Shown: piece by piece, positions 8,635-18,877 of the stretch | Numbering within the stretch: position 1 is the first letter of the stretch | Layout: the number at the start of each line of letters is the position of its first letter | Assembly (NCBI GenBank): GCA_031409335.1 | Contig: JANNWY010000145.1 | Span: 1-25,091, forward strand | Direction of reading: 5' to 3' | Length of the DNA stretch: 25,091 nucleotides | DNA from: Chthoniobacteraceae bacterium | GTDB taxonomy: Bacteria > Verrucomicrobiota > Verrucomicrobiia > Chthoniobacterales > Chthoniobacteraceae | Program-made: the position numbers and the translations under genes | Notes under the pieces: generated by a model | Told to the model about the DNA's origin: nothing | Database searches by the model: none | The model's input: the letters and a program-made list of their open reading frames with translations, nothing else

Positions 8635-9292
8635 GCGCGATGGCGAGATCGCGCAGCGTGGTGCGCGGATGGTCGATGTGAAATGCGTGCCAGCCCGCGC
8701 GCAGTGCGCCGGCGATGTCGCATTCCGGGTCGTCGCCGACGAGCAGTGCCTCGTGCGGCGCTGCGTGTACGCGCGCCAGTGCGTGCTGGAAAATCCACGG
8801 ATCGGGTTTGTCCGCGCCGACTTCGCTGGAGATGACGAGTTCGGCGAATCGCGACAGGATGCCGAGATCGGCGAGGACTGTCCGCAGTCGGCCGTCGAAG
8901 TTTGAGAGAATGGCGAGCTGGTGGTGGGGGGCGAGGGCATCGAGTGTTGCCAGCGTTTCGGGAAACATCGCCCACACGCCTGGCCGGCGGAACTCTTCAT
9001 AAACGGCGTCGAAATAACCGCTGGCATCGAAGCCCTGCGGCGCACCGGTGCGCACGAGCATGCGCCCGACCAGCGCGCGCCACCAGCCGCGGTCATCGTC
9101 GGCTCGCGGCTGGCGGTCATTCGCGCGGGCTGGCATCGCTTTCCACGTGGTGCGGAAGGCGTCGCGGAGCGAATCGGCTGACGCATTCCACCCAAACTGG
9201 CGGGCGATCGCCGCGTAGTGATAGCCAGCTCCGCGGGGTAGATGGATCAGAGTTCCGACGGCATCGAAGAAGATCACTTTGGCGGTGCGCAT
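8609..9292 (-). CDS. HAD-IA family hydrolase (REG-2/HDHD3-like)
   Basis: Motif I IFFDAVGTL, motif II LSNFD, motif III KPDPWIF, motif IV VGDDPECDIAGA. Start at ATG 9292. Confidence 0.92.
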   Translation of the reverse strand: MRTAKVIFFDAVGTLIHLPRGAGYHYAAIARQFGWNASADSLRDAFRTTWKAMPARANDRQPRADDDRGWWRALVGRMLVRTGAPQGFDASGYFDAVYEEFRRPGVWAMFPETLATLDALAPHHQLAILSNFDGRLRTVLADLGILSRFAELVISSEVGADKPDPWIFQHALARVHAAPHEALLVGDDPECDIAGALRAGWHAFHIDHPRTTLRDLAIALSADPRDP

Positions 9293-9428
9293 GGTGTGTG
9301 GGAAATCATGGCATGGATGCGGGCGGAGTGCGTCGCTGAATGCGGACAAGTCTCTTTCGCGTGGAGCGTTACCGGAAAATCCACCATTCCCGGTTGAAGG
9401 GTCGTGAAATCCGGCGAATGTCCGCGGC

Positions 9429-12400
9429 ATGAGTCATCCCCCGTTGTGCCGTCGCGCCGCCGCGCTTGTCCTGTCGTTGATGCTTGCCGCTTCCGCGTGC
9501 TCCGAGCAGGTGGTGTTTAGCGAGGTCCATTATTTCCCGACGGGTGCGAAGCCGGAGTTCATCGAAATCCAGAACATCACGATGACGCCGCTGGACATGG
9601 CGAAGTGGTCGTTCACGAACGGGGTCGCGTTCACGTTTCCCGATTTCAGCAGCGGCGCGCCGCAGGCGCATTTCCTGAAACCGAAGGAGCGCATCGTCGT
9701 GAGCGCGGCGGATGAAGCGACGACCCGTGCGGCGTATCCGGCCATCCCGGCAGCGGTGCGCATTTTTGGGCCGTGGGTCGGTGTGCTCGACAACGACGGC
9801 GAGCGCATTTCGCTCGATGACAAAAATGGCGTGCCAGTCTGCACGGTGAACTACGGCGACAGCGGGCGCTGGCCGGCGAGCGCGGATGGCGCGGGCCACA
9901 CGCTCGTGTTGCGCAATGAAAACATGGGCGTGGACGATTTCCGCAACTGGCGCGCGAGCCAGTTTGCGGGTGGCACGCCGGGTTACGCGGAGTTCACGGC
10001 GATCGAGGCTTTTGGAAATCCGGAGATCGGCGCGGGGACGGCGGTGCCGGTGATCGCGTACGGCGACACCTGGCGATTCACGCAGCCCGCGAGCGATCCG
10101 GGGACGGCCTGGCGCGACATTGGGTTTGCCGACGGGGGCTGGAATTCCGGGCCGGGGCTGATCGGATTTGAAACGGCGGCGCTGCCTCCGCCGGGGATTC
10201 AGTCGCCGTTCGGCGCGGCCGGGCCGATCACTTATCTTTTTCGAAAGACGTTCACTTTCACCGGGAATCCGACGGGCGCGACGGTCGTCATCGATCAGAT
10301 CGTGGATGACGGCGTGGCTTATTATTTGAACGGGCAGTTGCTCGGCACGGGGATCGGGTATGCGGTCGGCGGTGCGTGGAATTCGGGGGCCTCGCGCGTC
10401 GTCGGCGATGCCGCGGAGGAACTCGGCGTGGTCACGGGCGCGGCCAATGGTCTCGTCAACGGACCCAACGTGCTCAGCGCGGAGGTTCATCAGACGAGCA
10501 ACACCAGTTCGGACATGGTCTTCGGCGCGCGGATGACGATCAACACGCAGCCGTCCATCGTCATCAATGAAGTGAAGCCGGGCCTGGCGGGGCAGGGGTT
10601 TGTCGAGTTTTTCAACACGACGGGATCGCCGATCGACTTGCAGAATTATTACCTCACGGACATCGCGGGAAACCTCACCAAGTTTCAGATCGCGGCGAGC
10701 CTCATCGTCCCGGTGGGCGGCTATGCGACCGTGGGTTTTGCGGAGTCGAATCTCGCGGTCGCGGCGGGTGTGACGACCGTCTATCTCACGCAGCCAAACG
10801 GCACGACCACGCTGAATGCGATCAGCACCGCGATCCCGCTCGATGGACGTTCGCTCGGGCGCAATCCCGCGGGTTCCGCCGCGTGGTTTCTTTTCGCAAA
10901 TCCGACGCCGGGCAACGCGAACGGGAGCATCGTGGCCGGCGGTGTTTCCGTGCGATTGAGCGAGGCGCATTTCGGCGCGAACGGGCGCGTCGATTGGGTC
11001 GAATTGCAAAATCTCGCGACTTCTCCACAGAGCGCGGCGGGACTTTTCGTGGCATCGCTTGCGAATCTTTCCGACAAGGTGCCGCTGACCGGCTCGGTGC
11101 CGGCGGGCGGCTACGCGAGCTGGACGGTGGATTTTCCGACGGATGGCAGCGGCGATGTGACGCTCTACTTCACCGACGCGAACAACAACGTCCTCGGCAC
11201 GGCGGAACTTGAACGAGTCACGGGACGCCCGTCCTTGCAGGCGCTGTATCCGACGCCGGTGAAGACCGCGCCTTCCTGGGAGACGATCAAGACCGCGCCG
11301 GAATGGGTTTCCTCCGCGACCGACACACGCGATGCGGCGAACAGCGTGGCGCTCAACACCGACATCGTCATCAACGAGATCATGGCCGATCCGCTGTCGA
11401 ATCAGGCCAACGCGGAATACATCGAACTGCACAACAAGGGCGGCGCGCTCGCGACGCTCACCGGCTGGAAGATTCGCGGCGGGATCGACTACGATTTTCC
11501 CGCGGGCACGACCATCGCGCCGGGCGGCTGGCTGGTCATCGCGGGGGCGTCGCAGTTTTTCCAGGCAGCATATCCGGGCGTGGCGCACATCGGCGACTGG
11601 TCGGGAAAACTCGGCAACAAGGGCGATCTCATCCGCATCATCGACGCGAACAACAACCTCGCCGACGAGGTGGATTTCAAAGTCGGCGGGGACTGGCCGG
11701 CGCTCGCGGGCGGGGCGGGATCGAGCCTCGAACTCGCCCACCCGAACATGGATAACAGCCGCTCGTCCGCGTGGCGCGACAGCGATGAGTCGGGCAAGAC
11801 GGCGTTCCAGACTTACACCGTGAGCGGCGTCTGGTCGCAGCTCACGACGCTCGGCGCGGTCACGGATTACAAGGAACTGCACCTCTTCACGGTCGGCGAT
11901 GCGCACATGGTCTTGCGGAACATTTCCGTGAAGTTGAACGGCGCGGGCGCGAACCTCATCACGAACGGCACCGTCCACGCGACCAACGGATCGAGCGCGA
12001 GCGGCTGGCTCTGCCAGGGCACGCATTGGGCGAGCTACGTGGATGGCGGCGGCGAGCTGCATCTGATCGCCGACGGCCACGGCGACAATCGCCCGAACCG
12101 CGCGGAGATCGACTGCACGGGGATGAACGCGGGTTCCAATTACACGATCCAGTTCGACGCGCGCTGGGTCTCGGGAAAAAACCGGCTCATCGTGCAAACG
12201 TGGGATCACAGCCTCGGCGCGCCTTTCCTCATCCCGGTCCCGAATAATCTCGGCACGCCCGGCGCGGTGAATTCGCGCTTCGCCGCGAGCGCGCCGCCGC
12301 AGGTCGATTCGCTGCTGCACAGCCCGGCGGTGCCGCGCACGACGAGTCCGGTGAAAATCACGGCGCGCGTGACTTCGGCGGTGCCGCTGACGGCGGTGGA

Positions 12401-15400
12401 AGCGGTCCATCGCGCCGACGACATCAACAACGCGAACCCGTGGGTTTTCACGCCAATGAACGACAGCGGCACGGGCGGCGACGACGTGGCGAGCGACGGC
12501 ATTTTCACCGCCACGATCACGACGCATCAGGTGGCGAATCGGATCGTGCAATTTTACGTGCGCGCGACCGCGACGGGCGGCGCGACCGGGCAGTTGCCGG
12601 TTGGCGGTGCGATGAAGCCCGCGATGTGGATCGTCGATGACCGCGTGCAAACCACCGCGCTGCGGCTCCAGCGATTCGTCATTTCCAACTACGACCGCGA
12701 CGCGCTGACCGAGGCCAGCGGCCAGTCGCCGAAATTCCAGTACGACTTCCCGCGGCTCTCGAATCACTACTTCAACTCAACCTTCATCCACAACGAGACC
12801 GACGTGTACTACAACGCCGAACTCCGCAAAAGCGGCAGCCCGTGGACGCGCGATGGCGGCAGCTCGCTCACCCGCGGAAAGTGGAAAGTGCCGCGCGACC
12901 GCTTTTTCCGCGGACGCGAGAAATCCACTTTCGACAACGATCCGGAAGGCGGCAGCCGCCATCACAACCGCATCATCCGCTACTGGCTCTACCTCTTCGG
13001 GCATCCGGGGAATGAAAACGAATTTGTGTACAATCTCGTCAACAGCGACTCGATCGCGATCCGCGAAGACACCGAGCCGGTCGATGGCGAAATGGTCTCG
13101 CGCGTGTATCCCAACGGCGGCGACGGACAGCTCATGCGCAGCGACGATCAGTGGTGGTTTCAGGACGATTGGAACCGCTCGCAAACCGATGCGAACTGGG
13201 GCCACAAGGGCACCGACGCCACCATCCGCTATCACACCGAGTGGATGATGCGCTCGCGCGAAAACGAGTACGACCACAGTTCACTAATCGAGTTTTTCAA
13301 AACCGTCTCGAACGCGGGCTCGACCGAGCAGCAGCTCAACCGCGTGCTCGATCCGCATCTCACGCTGATGATGGCGGCGGTGCGCGGGTACGCGTACGAC
13401 TGGGATTCGCTCACGCTCAATCGCGGCAAGAACGGATTTTTCTACCGCAAGCCGACGGACGGGCGCTGGATGTTCCTGCATTGGGATAGCGACCTCGCGT
13501 TTCAAGATGCGAATAACGTCGTGGTCGGCGGACTCGCCGGATGGGGCACGTACATTTCCAAAACGTGGACGCGCCGCCTCTTCAACTACTACCTCACCGA
13601 AATGCTGAAGCTCACCAGCGGCGCGAACAGTGCGCGCACGCTCGCGTGGCTCGATGCGGAGGAAGCCGCGTCCGGCGCTTACACCGTGGATCGCATCGCC
13701 TACACAAACTGGTTCGCTAATCGCCGCACGCGGATCGAGAGCGAGATCAATCTCTCCGTCGGCGGCGGGCCGCTGAATTCCTACACCACGCCATTCACGA
13801 TCACGACGCCCGGCGGCGGCACAACCGCTGCGGCGACCGTCGCGATCAGCGGCAGCGCGCCGTCGTCCGTGTTCACCATCGTCGTCGATGGACACACCGA
13901 GCCGGTCCTCACATGGTTTAGCCCGCAGCCGTGGACCCTCTCCGGCATCGTCCTCAAAACCGGCGCGAACAGCCTCACCGTCCGCGCGCTCGACATGTTC
14001 GGGAACACCATCGCGACCGCCGTCTATAACATCACAAAAACCGGCAACGCCGCGCCTTTCATGCGCATGACCTCCTCGCCCGCCTCGATGAATGTGGTGC
14101 TCGGGCAAACGCTCACGCTGGATGCCTCCGCGAGCTTCGACCCCGACGGCGGCGCGCTCACTTTCGCGTGGTCGAACACACCCGTGCCCGGCGCAAGCGT
14201 GAGCCATCCCACGCCCGCGACGACCAGCGCGACTTTCACGCAACCGAACATCTACAGCTTCACCGCGACGGGCACGGACATCGCAGCCGTGCCCTCGGCC
14301 ATCACGCGTGAGATCGCGGTGTATAACACCGAAGACTTCGCCTCCTTCGGCGAGCCGTGGCTCGCCGCGTACTGGACGCTCTCGAATCTCGAACCGCGCG
14401 ACAACCACTCGCCGAGCGTGTGGTATTCCACCGAAGACAAATCCGGCACACTGATCCTCCAGGTGCTCGACGATTCGGCAAAGCCGCTCGTTTTCAGCGG
14501 AGCCACGCATCCGAGAATGATGCGCCCGCTGCCCTCTGCGACGGACTGGACTTTGCAGACCGACCTCGCGCTCGACACGCGGCAGACCGGCACCTTCTTC
14601 ACCGGCCTGTATCTCGAAACCGTCGAATCCGGCAGCGTCACACGCTACGCCTTCTGCCTCGAAGGCGGTATATTGCTCAGAGTCAAGCGATCGACTGGCG
14701 GCGCGTTCGCGGACGTTTTCACCGTGGCGTACGGTGAAAGTTCCGCCGTCCTCCGCATCCGGCGCATCGGAAACAGCCTGGTCTTCCAGAGCCGCGACGC
14801 CGCGGGTGTTTGGAGCAGCGGGGCCGGCGCCCACACCCGCGCACTCGTGGCTGGCTCGACTGCCAGCAGCGGCGGCATTTTCACCGCGACCACCACCGCG
14901 CAAAGCGTGCGCACCGCGTTCGACTACGTGATGCTCGTCGATCCCGCGAATGCGAACACCGTCTTCAGCAACCTGCGCATCACCGAACTCATGTACAATC
15001 CCGCCACCCCCGGCACGGTGGAATACATCGAGCTAAAAAACACGGGCGCGGGTTCGATCAATCTGCTCGGTGCGCGCTTCGATGCGACCACGCCATTCGA
15101 CCTCGCGCCATTTGGAAGTATCAGCCTCGCTCCCGGCCAATACGCGATCGTGACCAACGATACCGCGGCCTTTCAAGCGAAGTACGGAACCAGTGCGCTC
15201 ATCGCCGGTCAGTGGACCGGTGCCCTCAACAACGGCGGCGAGCGCATCATCCTCCGCGACGGCGATGGTAACAAGATCCACGACTTTACCTATCTGGACA
15301 CGGCACCCTGGCCGACCACGCCGGATGGCATGGGACCGTCCCTCGAAGTCATCGACAGCAACGGTAACTACGATAGTGGCACTAACTGGCGCGCGAGCTG

Positions 15401-15725
15401 GGAACTCGGCGGCTCGCCGGGCTGGATGGGTGCCGGCCCGGATACCGATGGCGATGGGCAGCCGGATAGTTGGGAGCTGCTTTTCGGCACCGACCCGAAC
15501 AGTGCCACCTCCCGCTACCACGCCACCGCCGCGCGCAACGGCAGCAACCTGCCTGTCATCAACTGGCTCAGCGTACCCGCGCAAAAATATCGCATCGACT
15601 ACACCGACGAACTCGTGCCGGCCAACTGGCAGCCCCTCGCCACCATCACCGGCACCGGCAGCTACACCGACACCTCCGCGCCACTCCCATCGCGCAGATT
15701 CTACAAAGTGACGCCGATTCCCTAG
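9429..15725 (+). CDS. Large secreted protein with multiple lamin-tail domains, CotH kinase domain and PKD/Ig-like domains
   Basis: Signal peptide; five LTD-like starts (VVFSEVHY, IVINEVKP, VRLSEAHF, IVINEIMADP, LRITELMYNP) followed by EFIE/EYIEL-type motifs; CotH-like DWDS...KNGFFY...WMFLHWDSDLAF; PKD-like LTLDASASFDPDGGALTFAW; DTDGDGQPDSWE; C-terminal RRFYKV. Confidence 0.88.
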   Translation: MSHPPLCRRAAALVLSLMLAASACSEQVVFSEVHYFPTGAKPEFIEIQNITMTPLDMAKWSFTNGVAFTFPDFSSGAPQAHFLKPKERIVVSAADEATTRAAYPAIPAAVRIFGPWVGVLDNDGERISLDDKNGVPVCTVNYGDSGRWPASADGAGHTLVLRNENMGVDDFRNWRASQFAGGTPGYAEFTAIEAFGNPEIGAGTAVPVIAYGDTWRFTQPASDPGTAWRDIGFADGGWNSGPGLIGFETAALPPPGIQSPFGAAGPITYLFRKTFTFTGNPTGATVVIDQIVDDGVAYYLNGQLLGTGIGYAVGGAWNSGASRVVGDAAEELGVVTGAANGLVNGPNVLSAEVHQTSNTSSDMVFGARMTINTQPSIVINEVKPGLAGQGFVEFFNTTGSPIDLQNYYLTDIAGNLTKFQIAASLIVPVGGYATVGFAESNLAVAAGVTTVYLTQPNGTTTLNAISTAIPLDGRSLGRNPAGSAAWFLFANPTPGNANGSIVAGGVSVRLSEAHFGANGRVDWVELQNLATSPQSAAGLFVASLANLSDKVPLTGSVPAGGYASWTVDFPTDGSGDVTLYFTDANNNVLGTAELERVTGRPSLQALYPTPVKTAPSWETIKTAPEWVSSATDTRDAANSVALNTDIVINEIMADPLSNQANAEYIELHNKGGALATLTGWKIRGGIDYDFPAGTTIAPGGWLVIAGASQFFQAAYPGVAHIGDWSGKLGNKGDLIRIIDANNNLADEVDFKVGGDWPALAGGAGSSLELAHPNMDNSRSSAWRDSDESGKTAFQTYTVSGVWSQLTTLGAVTDYKELHLFTVGDAHMVLRNISVKLNGAGANLITNGTVHATNGSSASGWLCQGTHWASYVDGGGELHLIADGHGDNRPNRAEIDCTGMNAGSNYTIQFDARWVSGKNRLIVQTWDHSLGAPFLIPVPNNLGTPGAVNSRFAASAPPQVDSLLHSPAVPRTTSPVKITARVTSAVPLTAVEAVHRADDINNANPWVFTPMNDSGTGGDDVASDGIFTATITTHQVANRIVQFYVRATATGGATGQLPVGGAMKPAMWIVDDRVQTTALRLQRFVISNYDRDALTEASGQSPKFQYDFPRLSNHYFNSTFIHNETDVYYNAELRKSGSPWTRDGGSSLTRGKWKVPRDRFFRGREKSTFDNDPEGGSRHHNRIIRYWLYLFGHPGNENEFVYNLVNSDSIAIREDTEPVDGEMVSRVYPNGGDGQLMRSDDQWWFQDDWNRSQTDANWGHKGTDATIRYHTEWMMRSRENEYDHSSLIEFFKTVSNAGSTEQQLNRVLDPHLTLMMAAVRGYAYDWDSLTLNRGKNGFFYRKPTDGRWMFLHWDSDLAFQDANNVVVGGLAGWGTYISKTWTRRLFNYYLTEMLKLTSGANSARTLAWLDAEEAASGAYTVDRIAYTNWFANRRTRIESEINLSVGGGPLNSYTTPFTITTPGGGTTAAATVAISGSAPSSVFTIVVDGHTEPVLTWFSPQPWTLSGIVLKTGANSLTVRALDMFGNTIATAVYNITKTGNAAPFMRMTSSPASMNVVLGQTLTLDASASFDPDGGALTFAWSNTPVPGASVSHPTPATTSATFTQPNIYSFTATGTDIAAVPSAITREIAVYNTEDFASFGEPWLAAYWTLSNLEPRDNHSPSVWYSTEDKSGTLILQVLDDSAKPLVFSGATHPRMMRPLPSATDWTLQTDLALDTRQTGTFFTGLYLETVESGSVTRYAFCLEGGILLRVKRSTGGAFADVFTVAYGESSAVLRIRRIGNSLVFQSRDAAGVWSSGAGAHTRALVAGSTASSGGIFTATTTAQSVRTAFDYVMLVDPANANTVFSNLRITELMYNPATPGTVEYIELKNTGAGSINLLGARFDATTPFDLAPFGSISLAPGQYAIVTNDTAAFQAKYGTSALIAGQWTGALNNGGERIILRDGDGNKIHDFTYLDTAPWPTTPDGMGPSLEVIDSNGNYDSGTNWRASWELGGSPGWMGAGPDTDGDGQPDSWELLFGTDPNSATSRYHATAARNGSNLPVINWLSVPAQKYRIDYTDELVPANWQPLATITGTGSYTDTSAPLPSRRFYKVTPIP

Positions 15726-15901
15726 CCGCGTCTGCGGTGGCTCATGCCACCATTCAAACAATGCGCGACCGCACGGGAGGCTGCGCAAACACGAAGCGAC
15801 GGCTGGCCCCGACGCGCGCTCGCCACCTTTCACCACGCCCGATTCCCCATTCCAGCACACTTCCCGCTCGTCAGCGCAGGCAGACAACCTAATATCTGCC
15901 C

Positions 15902-16498
15902 ATGCGTTTTCCGACTACCTGCCTCATCGCCGCCACCCTTGGCCTCCTTCTTGGCGGCTGTGCGACACGCTCCCTGCCAAAGTACGAAAAGCCGCTGGCG
16001 CGTTCGCAATTCCAAACCGTCCGCACGACCGCCTACACCCATACCGAGAGTGACCATCGGAAGTACGGGAAGCGAAATGCGGTTGGCTCGCAGTTACTTT
16101 CCGGCTCGCTGCGCAGCGCCGCTGCGGACTGGTCGCGCTGGCCGGCAGGCACCACCTTTCGGCTGATCGAAACTGGCCAGCTTTATCGCGTGGACGACTA
16201 CGGCTGGGCACTGACTGGCACGAACACCATCGACCTCTACAAGACCTCACGCTCCGCGATGAACTCGTGGGGTGTGCGCCGCGTGAACATCGAGGTGCTC
16301 AACTGGGGCGATCCCGACCGCAGCCTCGCGATCCTCCGCCCGCGTGGGAAACACAAGCACGTCAGGAAAATGATCGGGGAGCTGGAGGATCGCCGCGTGG
16401 TGCTGCGGCGTCCCGTGCAGAGTTCGTCATCGCTCGCCGCGACGAATCCGCCGACTCAGTTCCTGCCTCCCTCCGCGCTGACACCCTTCACGAACTGA
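15902..16498 (+). CDS. 3D-domain (MltA-related double-psi beta-barrel) lipoprotein
   Basis: Lipobox LLGGC; VRTTAY, SAAADWSRWPAGT, YRVDDYG, NTIDLY supply the three Asp motifs. Confidence 0.85.
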   Translation: MRFPTTCLIAATLGLLLGGCATRSLPKYEKPLARSQFQTVRTTAYTHTESDHRKYGKRNAVGSQLLSGSLRSAAADWSRWPAGTTFRLIETGQLYRVDDYGWALTGTNTIDLYKTSRSAMNSWGVRRVNIEVLNWGDPDRSLAILRPRGKHKHVRKMIGELEDRRVVLRRPVQSSSSLAATNPPTQFLPPSALTPFTN

Positions 16499-16499
16499 C

Positions 16500-17705
16500 C
16501 TACGGACGACCGGAGAGTTTTTGCAGCACCCACGCGTACTCGCGCGCGATGCTCTTCACCATGTCGCCTGGATTTACCTCCGGCGGCAGGACGTTGAATG
16601 TGTAAGTCTCGATTTCCAAGTGGGAGCAGTCGCCCTTGCGCAACTCGCGGAAGAATTCCGGCGTCAACTCCGCGGACGTGGATTGCAATGGGCCGGCTCC
16701 GCCAAAAAAGAGCGGGACGTGGAAATGCACGCGGACGTATTTCACATCGGGAAACGTCTGCAATTCGTTCAACGCATCCGGCAGATCGAACCAGGCAAAT
16801 CGCGCGCCCGATTCGCCGAGGGCTTTCACTTGGTGCAGATAGACGGGCTCCACGAATTTCTTCAACGCATCGAGACTTTCGCGATCGCAATCGGTGTGGA
16901 GGGCGGCACTGAGCTGCACCTTTGAAATGCGAATGCCGGCGCGACGGTATGCGCGCCAGGACTCCACGAGATCCTCAAACTGAAGCGCGACGTGGCAGGT
17001 ATCGAAACACACGCCCAGATGCCGGCGCATCAATTCCTCCGCCTGCGCGGGATTGCAGCCGATGATTCGCTTCAGTTCCTCCGTGCCCGAGCGTAGCAGA
17101 TAGTCATTGTAAAAGGCGATCGTCTCCGCCGTGGTTTCGAGAAAGCAATCGGGCTCGGGCTCGAGGCCGAGGTGGATTTCCTGGCCGGTGTCGTCGCGCA
17201 CCGCGGCGAAGTAGGCGACGACGGCGGCAAGATTGCGCGCCATCATTTCCTTGTCCTCGGTCGTCTCGATCCACGGTTTGAACGAACCGGGCACCGTGCT
17301 GATGCTGCCATCGACGGAGGGCGGCAGGAAGCTCGTGAAAATGTCCGCGAGCTGCATCGTGTAGTCGCGTCGCTCAGGCGTCCGCCAGTCCGGCGCATAG
17401 ACGTTTTCCTTCACCGGCCCCTCATGAAAACGCCCGTACGGAAATCCGTTGATCGTGAATGGGTAAAGCTGGTGCTCGGCGAAGAATTCGCGCGCTTCAT
17501 CGATGAGCGCGGGATCGCTGGTGAGCTTCGCTGCGGCGTGATGCGCGATCCGCAAACCAAGGCCGAACCATTGATCCGCGGCGACGAGCGTTTTCACGGC
17601 AGTCGCCTTTTCGCGGATGGCGGTGAAATTATCCGCCCAACTCTCGCCCGGATGAATGTTCAGGCAGTATGTGAGATGGAGCGGAGGAGTGTGCTGAACG
17701 ATCAT
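16500..17705 (-). CDS. eboE: EboE, TIM-barrel xylose-isomerase-like metabolite traffic protein
   Basis: LTYCLNIHPGESW, FGLGLR, FTINGFPYGRFH..VKENVYAPDW, GSISTVP, LEPEPDC, GVCFDTCH, KVQLSAAL, EPVYLHQV, RVHFHVP, HLEIETYT. Confidence 0.92.
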   Translation of the reverse strand: MIVQHTPPLHLTYCLNIHPGESWADNFTAIREKATAVKTLVAADQWFGLGLRIAHHAAAKLTSDPALIDEAREFFAEHQLYPFTINGFPYGRFHEGPVKENVYAPDWRTPERRDYTMQLADIFTSFLPPSVDGSISTVPGSFKPWIETTEDKEMMARNLAAVVAYFAAVRDDTGQEIHLGLEPEPDCFLETTAETIAFYNDYLLRSGTEELKRIIGCNPAQAEELMRRHLGVCFDTCHVALQFEDLVESWRAYRRAGIRISKVQLSAALHTDCDRESLDALKKFVEPVYLHQVKALGESGARFAWFDLPDALNELQTFPDVKYVRVHFHVPLFFGGAGPLQSTSAELTPEFFRELRKGDCSHLEIETYTFNVLPPEVNPGDMVKSIAREYAWVLQKLSGRP

Positions 17706-18877
17706 GCGCGGCGCTCGAACGCCGCCATTTCCTTAATGGCGGCATCCATCTTCGCAAGGTCGATTTCGTGGACCTCGTGACGCGCGCCGATGCCGCGTGG
17801 AAAAGTGACGGTGAGTTCGCCGCCGAGATGCTCCTGAAAATCGCGGAGTCCGCCGAACACCGCGCGTCCGCCGCCGGCATCGCGCGCATCGTATTCCGGG
17901 AACCAAAGCGCAAAACCGCTCGCCGCCAGACCGGCGCGGATGCGCGCCAGTTCATCGCCTGAAATCCAACCCATCGCGCGCGCGTAAATCGAATCCAGCA
18001 GCACGCCGCTCGCGACGGCATCCCCGTGGGAAATGCGGAAGCCGGAGAGCAACTCCAGCTTGTGCGCGGACCAGTGCCCGAAATCGAGCGGGCGCGCGCG
18101 GCCATACTCGAAGGGGTCGCCATTGGTGCGGATGTGTTCGAGATGAATCTCGGCGCAACGCGCGACGAGATGCTGCATCGCCTCGAAATCGCGTGCGGGA
18201 AATTTCGCCGCATTCGTGCAAAGCCAATCGAAGAAAATGGTGTCGCGAATGATCGCGACTTTGAACGCCTCCGAAACGCCGCAGAGCCAGTCGCGATCGG
18301 GCAGTGTCAGCAGAAAATCGAAATCGTTCAGCACCGCGAACGGCGGCGCGAAGGTGCCGATCGCGTTCTTTCCGCCGAGGAAATTCACCCCGTTCTTCAC
18401 GCCGACACCCGCATCGTTTTGCCCGAGCACCGTCGTCGGCACGCGCACCTGGCGGAGACCGCGATGCACCAGCGCGGCAGCCAGACCGACCGCGTCCATG
18501 ACCGCGCCGCCGCCGACGATGATGACGAATGACTGCCGGTCGATGTGGCATTCCAGCAGCCGCCGCATGAAGCCCTCGACGAGCGTGAAGTCGTTCTTCG
18601 CCGACTCACCGCCGGGGACGATTTGCGGCTCGCACGCGAGTTCGAGTCGCTTCGGGTGCGCGTTAAAATAGGCGCGCACTTGCCCGGAGATTTTCGGACA
18701 GGCAGCCGCGACGTGTCCGTCGATGAAGACGATCGCGCGGTGGCGGCGTCCCTCACCGAGGCGATCAAGGGTCTCGACCAGCACGGGATTTTCCACCGAG
18801 AAAAGATCGCGGGTGAAAGTGACCGGGAAATCCCAACTCACCGCGATCTGCTGATGAATCGTGTGCGGCTGTTTCAT
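17702..18877 (-). CDS. eboD: EboD-type sugar-phosphate cyclase (3-dehydroquinate synthase family)
   Basis: GGGAVMD, VPTTVLGQNDAGVGVKNG, GTFAPP, RPLDFGHWSAHKLE, HGDAV; flanked by eboE and eboF with 4-bp ATGA overlaps. Start at ATG 18877. Confidence 0.85.
   Translation of the reverse strand: MKQPHTIHQQIAVSWDFPVTFTRDLFSVENPVLVETLDRLGEGRRHRAIVFIDGHVAAACPKISGQVRAYFNAHPKRLELACEPQIVPGGESAKNDFTLVEGFMRRLLECHIDRQSFVIIVGGGAVMDAVGLAAALVHRGLRQVRVPTTVLGQNDAGVGVKNGVNFLGGKNAIGTFAPPFAVLNDFDFLLTLPDRDWLCGVSEAFKVAIIRDTIFFDWLCTNAAKFPARDFEAMQHLVARCAEIHLEHIRTNGDPFEYGRARPLDFGHWSAHKLELLSGFRISHGDAVASGVLLDSIYARAMGWISGDELARIRAGLAASGFALWFPEYDARDAGGGRAVFGGLRDFQEHLGGELTVTFPRGIGARHEVHEIDLAKMDAAIKEMAAFERRA

Noticed and set aside
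9369..12767. 1132-aa antisense ORF (and 13284-14903, 539 aa) opposite the giant gene
   Set aside because: Arg/His-rich with no motifs; the expected shadow of biased codon usage in a high-GC gene.
17702..18877. Housekeeping aroB call
   Set aside because: The DFGHWSAHKLE and GQNDAGVGVKNG variants and coupling to eboE/eboF fit the EboD subfamily better.
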